Of a stretch of 64,000 nucleotides of DNA, positions 58,371-64,000 are shown piece by piece. Source of the DNA: an uncultured Desulfospira sp. (lineage in GTDB: Bacteria; Desulfobacterota; Desulfobacteria; Desulfobacterales; Desulfobacteraceae); assembly GCA_963663165.1 (NCBI GenBank), contig OY760175.1:1472001-1536000 (forward strand), in the 5' to 3' direction. The position numbers and the translations under genes are program-made. The notes beneath the pieces are model-generated. The model did not search any database. It was not told where the DNA came from and worked only from the letters and a program-made list of their open reading frames with translations. Position 1 is the stretch's first letter, and each line of letters opens with the position of its first letter.

Positions 58371-59531
58371 TTAAAGGCTGCTGCCACATGCCCGCCACCC
58401 CATAACCTGTATCCCCTTTTGCTGATAGGAGTCATCTCCGGCGTAAATCAACGTCGGCGTTTGGGCTTTCTCTTTGGCAAGGGAACACCATTTTTTAAGT
58501 CCGGCAAAAGATTCATGTGTCAAAGTGCGGCCCGACTTAATTTCAACCGGAGTTAAATAGATCCCGTTTTCCATAATAAGATCAACTTCATTGCCGTTGC
58601 TGTCCCGCCAGAAAAAAAAGGCCGGTTTTTCGCCCTGGTTCAGTTTTGATTTTATCATTTCTGAGACAATAAAAGTTTCAAAAATACTGCCCCGCAAGGG
58701 ATGGGTTATCATCTGTTCAGATGTTCTGATCCCTAAAAGCCAGGATACCAGGCCAACATCGTAGAAATAGAGCTTGGGCATTTTTACCAGCCGTTTATTA
58801 AAATTCTCATGATGGGGACGAAGAAGAAAAATGATATAACTTGCCTCAAGGACAGATATCCATGATTTTACAGTATTATGGGTAATCCCGCATTCAGTCG
58901 CCAGAGAAGAAAGGTTTAGAAGCTGCCCTGTCCTGCCGGCGCACAGCCTTACAAAGCGCTGGAATGTTTCCAGATCCTGAATTTTGAGCATTTGCCTGAC
59001 ATCCCGTTCTACATAGGCGGTTACATAAGCGCTGTACCAGGCAGAAGGCTGAAGTCCCCGGTCATAAATCGGTGGATAACAGCCGGTCAGCAGCATGGTA
59101 TCAATACTGCCTGGCAACGCACTCGCAAGGGTAAGTTCCGGTATGGAAAAAGGCAGCAGTTCAACAAAGGCCGTCCGTCCGGCAAGGGATTGTGTAATAC
59201 CGGACATCAGGCCGAACTGCTGAGATCCCGTCAATATAAAAAGCCCCATTCCACCGTTATTATCCACCAGGGTTTGGAGATAGGACAAAATTTGAGGACA
59301 TCGCTGCACTTCATCCAGAACCGCTCCGTTTGGAAACCGGGCAAGAAAAGAACGGGGATCTTCTGTTGCGGCCTGCCTGAGATCCGGCTCTTCAAGAGAT
59401 GCATATGGGTGATTTGAAAAAACCGCCCTGGCAAGGGTAGTCTTACCTGATTGGCGTGGTCCGGTCAGGGTTACAACGGGAAATCCGCCCAGCAGGTTTT
59501 CAAGTATTTCTCTTGCATTTCGATGAATCAT
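58371..59531 (-). CDS. AAA_14 ATPase with DUF4143 domain
   Basis: TGPRQSGKTT, LDEVQ, LTGSQ, YVERDV, PKLYFYDVG, GSIFETF, FFWRDSNGNEVDL, VEIKSG. Confidence 0.9.
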   Translation of the reverse strand: MIHRNAREILENLLGGFPVVTLTGPRQSGKTTLARAVFSNHPYASLEEPDLRQAATEDPRSFLARFPNGAVLDEVQRCPQILSYLQTLVDNNGGMGLFILTGSQQFGLMSGITQSLAGRTAFVELLPFSIPELTLASALPGSIDTMLLTGCYPPIYDRGLQPSAWYSAYVTAYVERDVRQMLKIQDLETFQRFVRLCAGRTGQLLNLSSLATECGITHNTVKSWISVLEASYIIFLLRPHHENFNKRLVKMPKLYFYDVGLVSWLLGIRTSEQMITHPLRGSIFETFIVSEMIKSKLNQGEKPAFFFWRDSNGNEVDLIMENGIYLTPVEIKSGRTLTHESFAGLKKWCSLAKEKAQTPTLIYAGDDSYQQKGIQVMGWRACGSSL

Positions 59532-59593
59532 GGCAAATTTCTATAAACCTCACTCAAAATGAAATATAAATTCATTTCATACATTAAGCCGGA

Positions 59594-59630
59594 TTATGCA
59601 ATTTGTAAATAACTTTTACAAATTGCATAA
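59594..59630. promoter_or_regulatory. Perfect 16-bp-arm palindrome upstream of the DUF4143 ATPase
   Basis: TTATGCAATTTGTAAA-taact-TTTACAAATTGCATAA. Confidence 0.7.
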
Positions 59631-59975
59631 AAGACTCTTGGGGCCTATATATTTTGGGAGTGAAATGTGAAAAAAGCGCCGCCCACCGCGCACACGCATT
59701 CTAAAACAAATCAGAATGTGTTCCGGTCCGTTCAAAAACAACTTTATCCGGTTCAATTATATAGATCAGCAGCCAATCAGATTCAATGTAACATTCCCGG
59801 CACCCCTTCCAATTGCCGATCAGCTTATGATCCCGGTTGAGAATGGTCACAAAAAATCATGGAAAAATTGAAGATAATTTGCAAGATATGTCAGGTTTGA
59901 GGCAGAAGTTCCCCTGTTTATCTCGCAAATAATCGTGAAACTCCTGCCTCCCCACCCAATAACAGGGCAGGAGAT

Positions 59976-60563
59976 ATGCTATCAGAAGTTCTGAAAAACG
60001 AAAGTTTTTTTTGGGATCTATACAAAATAGATCTGGCAACAGCCGAACGTTATAGACAGATGAAGTGCCCCCACTGCCAGGGACCGTTGTATTATGCCAA
60101 TTATCCGCGCAAACCCAGGGGGGAGCCTGAAGGGTTGTCTGAAGAATGTTTTTTACAATTCAGTTTATGTTGCGGAAGGGAAGGCTGTCGACGTCGTTTG
60201 ATCCCGCCAACCTGCCGTTTCCTTGGTAAAAACATTTACTGGTATGCGGCCATTCTGACGATTGTGTCCGACTGGCAGAACCAATCTGTAGGTATCACGA
60301 TGTCCAGGTTTGCTGAAACAATCGGTATCTCCCGCAACACCCTTAGCCGCTGGGTCAGCTTATTCAAAGAAATATTTCCAACAAGCTCTCAATGGAAGAA
60401 AATCCGGGGCCGAGTACCTGCAAGCGTAAAAAATGATCGTCTTCCAGCAAGTTTGGTCAACTTCTATCTGCATCAACAGGCGTCCATCAAAAAAACGTTG
60501 ATCTCCTGTTTGTCATTCTTGTCTCAAGGCAGTGAAATATCACAAAAAATAAGGGCCGGGTAA
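59976..60563 (+). CDS. Transposon accessory protein with Cys motifs and HTH-like segment
   Basis: CPHC, CCGREGCRRR, ISRNTLSRW. Confidence 0.75.
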   Translation: MLSEVLKNESFFWDLYKIDLATAERYRQMKCPHCQGPLYYANYPRKPRGEPEGLSEECFLQFSLCCGREGCRRRLIPPTCRFLGKNIYWYAAILTIVSDWQNQSVGITMSRFAETIGISRNTLSRWVSLFKEIFPTSSQWKKIRGRVPASVKNDRLPASLVNFYLHQQASIKKTLISCLSFLSQGSEISQKIRAG

Positions 60564-60678
60564 TCTCACGCAGAAGATGGGCGTGGCCTTGGGCGCTCAA
60601 CTGTTCTATCAAAGGGGCCGGGATTTTTATCAGCATTTCGCTGAAAATTTTAACTCAAAATTGAAAGGACCCCGGCCT

Positions 60679-62124
60679 ATGAACAGTAAAAACCAAAGTC
60701 CGGTTGATAACTGGGCTTTGTTTCGCTTCTCAGTCGTTGGCGGTTTGCTGGCAAATCCGCCGGCCAAAGGTGAGCTGCGCAAGGAACTGGAAAAGCTTTC
60801 CTATCAGATTTACACCCATCCCATCACGAACGAATCAACGGTATTTCATTTTTCAACTATTGAAAGCTGGTATTACAAGGCAAAAAATGCCCAGGACCCC
60901 ATTATTGCTTTAGGGCGGAAAGTTCGTTCTGACTATGGCGGTTCAATTGTATTCACACCTGAACTGATCCGGATGCTGGGCAGACAATACCGGACTTATC
61001 CGAACTGGAGCTACAAACTGCACGCAGATAATTTCGCAGCAGAACTCCAGGAAAAGGAGGCTTCAGTATCGGTACCATCCTATGCCAGTGTCCGGCGGCG
61101 GATGATCGAAAGGGGGTGGACCAGGAAGCCCTCAGCAAAGAAAAAACAGACAGCGGGTATGAAAATTGCCGCAAAGCGGTTCGAAAGCCATGAAATCCGA
61201 GGATACGAAGCAGAATATGTTCACAGCCTGTGGCATCTGGATTTTCATGAAGGCAGTCTGCGGGTGGTGGATAACAACGGTAACTGGTATACGCCCAAAG
61301 CCTTATGTATTCTTGACGACCATTCCCGCCTGTGCTGCCACATCCAATGGTATTCAGGAGAAACCACCCAGGATTTGATTCATGGATTGACCCAGGCATT
61401 TTTCAAAAGGGGGCTTCCCAGGGCACTGATGACGGACAACGGATCTGCCATGACCTCCCATGAGTTTTGCAACGGTCTTAAAAAAACAGGGATACTTCAT
61501 GAAACGACACTGCCCTACAGCCCTTATCAAAACGGTAAGCAGGAAGCCTTTTGGGGAACCCTTGAAGGCAGATTGATGGCCATGCTGACCCGGGTGGACC
61601 CTCTGACACTGGAATATCTCAATCACAGCAGTCAGGCCTGGGTCGAGATGGAATATAACAAAACCAGGCATAGTGACATCGGCACATCTCCTGTTCAACG
61701 CATGCTTGAAGGCAAAGATGTTTCCCGGCCGGCACCGGATGAAGAGCAACTGAGGTTCGCCTTTACAGTCTGCGAATCCAGAAATCAGCGAAAATCTGAC
61801 GGTACCGTGTCCATCAACGGGGTAAGATTTGAGATCCCTTCCCGGTTTCACCATATCCCTCGGTTACATGTCTGCTTTGCCAATTGGGATAAATCCATGG
61901 CCTGGCTCATGGACCAGAGAACCGGCAAACAGATTGCGCAGATCTACCCCCAGGACAAAATCAAAAATGCTTCAGGAAAACGAAAGATCAAGTCGAGACC
62001 TGAGCATACCATTCTACCGGATGAAACATTGAAAGAATCCGAGCCTGCATTATTAAGAAAACTGATGGCCGAGTATGCCCAAAGCGGCATGCCTCCAGCC
62101 TATCTTCCCAAAGGAGAATCATGA
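60679..62124 (+). CDS. DDE integrase/transposase (rve core, Mu-like C-terminal domain)
   Basis: LWHLDFH, LDDHSR, MTDNGSA, PYSPYQNGKQE, YN...HS, DGTVSINGVRFEIP; start after GAAAGGA. Confidence 0.9.
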   Translation: MNSKNQSPVDNWALFRFSVVGGLLANPPAKGELRKELEKLSYQIYTHPITNESTVFHFSTIESWYYKAKNAQDPIIALGRKVRSDYGGSIVFTPELIRMLGRQYRTYPNWSYKLHADNFAAELQEKEASVSVPSYASVRRRMIERGWTRKPSAKKKQTAGMKIAAKRFESHEIRGYEAEYVHSLWHLDFHEGSLRVVDNNGNWYTPKALCILDDHSRLCCHIQWYSGETTQDLIHGLTQAFFKRGLPRALMTDNGSAMTSHEFCNGLKKTGILHETTLPYSPYQNGKQEAFWGTLEGRLMAMLTRVDPLTLEYLNHSSQAWVEMEYNKTRHSDIGTSPVQRMLEGKDVSRPAPDEEQLRFAFTVCESRNQRKSDGTVSINGVRFEIPSRFHHIPRLHVCFANWDKSMAWLMDQRTGKQIAQIYPQDKIKNASGKRKIKSRPEHTILPDETLKESEPALLRKLMAEYAQSGMPPAYLPKGES

Positions 62125-62948
62125 ACAACAAACAGCTTCTGGCTTATTACGGCCTTAAATGGAACCCTTTTTTTCCTAATATCCCCGTGGAAGCCTTATG
62201 GCATCCGCCATTGATGAACAGTTTTATTTTTCGTCTTGAGAATATGACCCTGAACGGGGGCTTTGCTTTGATCAGCGGGGACCCCGGCCTTGGCAAATCC
62301 AAGGCGTTGCAGATGATTGCCCAAAAGTTCGGTAAACTTGACGAGGTAGTTGTCGGGGTAATGGAACGTCCCCAAAGCAGTGTCGGAGACTTTTACCGGG
62401 AAATGGGAGTTTTGTTTGGTGTCAATTTGAGCCCTGCCAACCGGTACGGCGGGTTCAAGGATCTTCGGGAGCGCTGGAAAAGTCATGTAAAAACCACCTT
62501 GTTCCGGCCCATCCTGCTCATAGATGAGGCCCAGGAGATGCTGACCGGATGCTTAAATGAACTGCGTTTGTTGAACAGCGCGGACTTTGACTCCCAAAAC
62601 CTGTTGACCACCGTGATTTGCGGCGATGACCGGCTCCCGGAACGGTTCAGATCAAGATCCCTGGTATCGCTGGGAAGCCGGATGCAGTTCCGGCTGACGC
62701 TGCTTCCCTATGTCCGGGATGACCTGCTGGATTACATGGATCACAGCCTGAACCAGGCCGGCGCCCCGCACTTAATGACGAAAACTCTGATCAGGACCCT
62801 TGCAGACCATTGCGCCGGCAACCTGCGGGTTCTTAACAATATGGCCGCAGACCTGCTGACTGCGGGGATTGAAAAAGAACTCAATCAATTGGACGAAAAG
62901 CTTTTTATGGAAGTCTATTCCAGACAGCCGCCCAATAAAAAATCATAG
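62121..62948 (+). CDS. ExeA/TnsC-like AAA+ ATPase
   Basis: YGLKWNPF, GDPGLGKS Walker A, LLIDEAQ Walker B, GNLRVLNN; ATGA overlap with the transposase. Confidence 0.88.
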   Translation: MNNKQLLAYYGLKWNPFFPNIPVEALWHPPLMNSFIFRLENMTLNGGFALISGDPGLGKSKALQMIAQKFGKLDEVVVGVMERPQSSVGDFYREMGVLFGVNLSPANRYGGFKDLRERWKSHVKTTLFRPILLIDEAQEMLTGCLNELRLLNSADFDSQNLLTTVICGDDRLPERFRSRSLVSLGSRMQFRLTLLPYVRDDLLDYMDHSLNQAGAPHLMTKTLIRTLADHCAGNLRVLNNMAADLLTAGIEKELNQLDEKLFMEVYSRQPPNKKS

Positions 62949-62957
62949 GAGAACAAT

Positions 62958-63140
62958 ATGGGTATTTATGATGATCCGGACATGAAACTGGAAGAAATCA
63001 CACAGGAATTGGAACATTTTATCCTGGATATGGTCCTTGCCGGACTTGAAAGCTTGAATATGGAATATCGGGCCTTCAGGCGATTCCAGAAACAAAGGCT
63101 CACGGAAAAGAACCGTCATAAAGAACACGAGCCGTTTTGA
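62958..63140 (+). CDS. Small hypothetical protein
   Basis: 60-aa ORF with AGGAG SD. Confidence 0.5.
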   Translation: MGIYDDPDMKLEEITQELEHFILDMVLAGLESLNMEYRAFRRFQKQRLTEKNRHKEHEPF

Positions 63141-63177
63141 ACGTACGCCCGGACTCCAAAGGTCCGGGCCTGCCTCA

Positions 63178-63966
63178 ATGGAAAAAATACTTTGGAAAAT
63201 CGGCAATTATTTTAAGCACCGCTTCAGCCTGGCAGTTCTTGATGAAATTAAGGGCCGGTGGCCCGTTCTCCCCTCTTGTAAAAACATCCCTTATCTTAAA
63301 GCTGAAAATGCCGGAGGAAGGCACATCCTGATCAGACCTGATCCTGTTATTCAGCCTTATTATTTTCTTGCCGACGATTTAAACATTGACCTGCTTATCC
63401 GGCATCATCAATCCATATCAAACCGCTTTAAACCAGGCAGGATGGTTATAGAAACATCTCCCGGCAATTATCAAATTTGGATTCACAGTGACCGTCCGTT
63501 AAGCCTTCCCGAAAAAAAGTATTGGTTGGAAAACATGCACAGTGATCCCGGCGCCGACCCGAAAAACAGGTGGGGCAGATGCCCCGGGTTCAGGAACAGA
63601 AAAGCAAAACACAGAACGCCTTCAGGACAATACCCTTTGGCAAAGCTATTATGGGTGGACTGGAAATGCCAGGCTATTGTCCCTGAAATAGAATTATCCT
63701 CCCAACCTCAAGAAGTCTTTTCCCATCAACCCCGGGGGGGAGTGTGCCATAACGGTAATATTTCCCGCTCCCTCTATGATAAGGGTGACGAATCTGCCAC
63801 TGATTTTGCATATGCTCTGGCCCTCTATAGAAGAGGTTTCTCACGAATGGAAATTTACAATCGCATTATCAATGAAAGGCAGGATTGGATTAATCATGCG
63901 GGTGAACGAAAAAAAACACAGTATCTGATCAGGACATTACAGAAAGCTGAAAAAATTATCAGTTAA
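63178..63966 (+). CDS. RepB-type DNA primase domain protein
   Basis: LADDL, IETSPGNYQIW, DPGA, RCPGFRNRK and C-terminal DESATDFAYA...Y..RT..KA, as in RSF1010 RepB'-like primases. Confidence 0.78.
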   Translation: MEKILWKIGNYFKHRFSLAVLDEIKGRWPVLPSCKNIPYLKAENAGGRHILIRPDPVIQPYYFLADDLNIDLLIRHHQSISNRFKPGRMVIETSPGNYQIWIHSDRPLSLPEKKYWLENMHSDPGADPKNRWGRCPGFRNRKAKHRTPSGQYPLAKLLWVDWKCQAIVPEIELSSQPQEVFSHQPRGGVCHNGNISRSLYDKGDESATDFAYALALYRRGFSRMEIYNRIINERQDWINHAGERKKTQYLIRTLQKAEKIIS

Positions 63967-64000
63967 AATCGGGCTCTCTTGGCCTCCGGGAAAGCCCTTA

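Larger units (their letters stand above)
59666..64000 (+). mobile_element. Putative multi-gene DDE transposon (Cys-rich/HTH ORF, rve transposase, ExeA-type ATPase, small ORF, RepB primase); right end outside window
   Basis: Co-oriented gene set; candidate TG left end TGTGAAAAAAG at 59666 (boundary inferred). Confidence 0.7.

Noticed and set aside
63137..63331. 64-aa ORF overlapping the primase start
   Set aside because: Largely overlaps the RepB-like ORF in another frame and has no motif support.

Overview
Bacterial chromosomal window. Gene content, the split atp operon, a PEP-CTERM gene with a sigma-54 promoter and the intergenic repeat types suggest a Desulfobacteraceae-like sulfate reducer (inference). 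Positions 1-53.6 kb are mostly housekeeping and metabolic: a short-chain carboxylate module (acs, prpE-like, sodium:solute symporter, an unannotated 28-aa membrane peptide, PAS-DEDDh exonuclease, LemA, DUF294 nucleotidyltransferase), nfo, mutS, amidase, crotonase, paaK, a kinase/ParA/PilZ cluster, atpE/atpB/atpI, glnS, a TonB/ABC/radical-SAM/methyltransferase operon, cmoAB, an orphan ParM-like actin, larB, an attenuator-controlled ilvD-ilvB-ilvN-cimA-leuA operon, a TA pair, and acyl-CoA dehydrogenase with TetR. The most striking region is 53.9-64 kb. Four direct copies of a ~220-235 bp structured non-coding repeat (GAAATGGGGTCGGGCCACGCTAA... ending in a long hairpin) and one inverted partial copy separate cargo segments: a PEP-CTERM gene, a truncated ParE-like toxin tail, a Phd-PIN pair, a MazEF-like pair and an AAA/DUF4143 ATPase. 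Most junctions carry telomere-like GAAAT(GGGG) stutters, and no integron integrase or attC sites were seen. A DDE + ExeA-ATPase + RepB-primase transposon appears inserted at a fifth junction. Heptamer tandem/inverted repeats and two other dispersed repeat families fill many intergenic regions.
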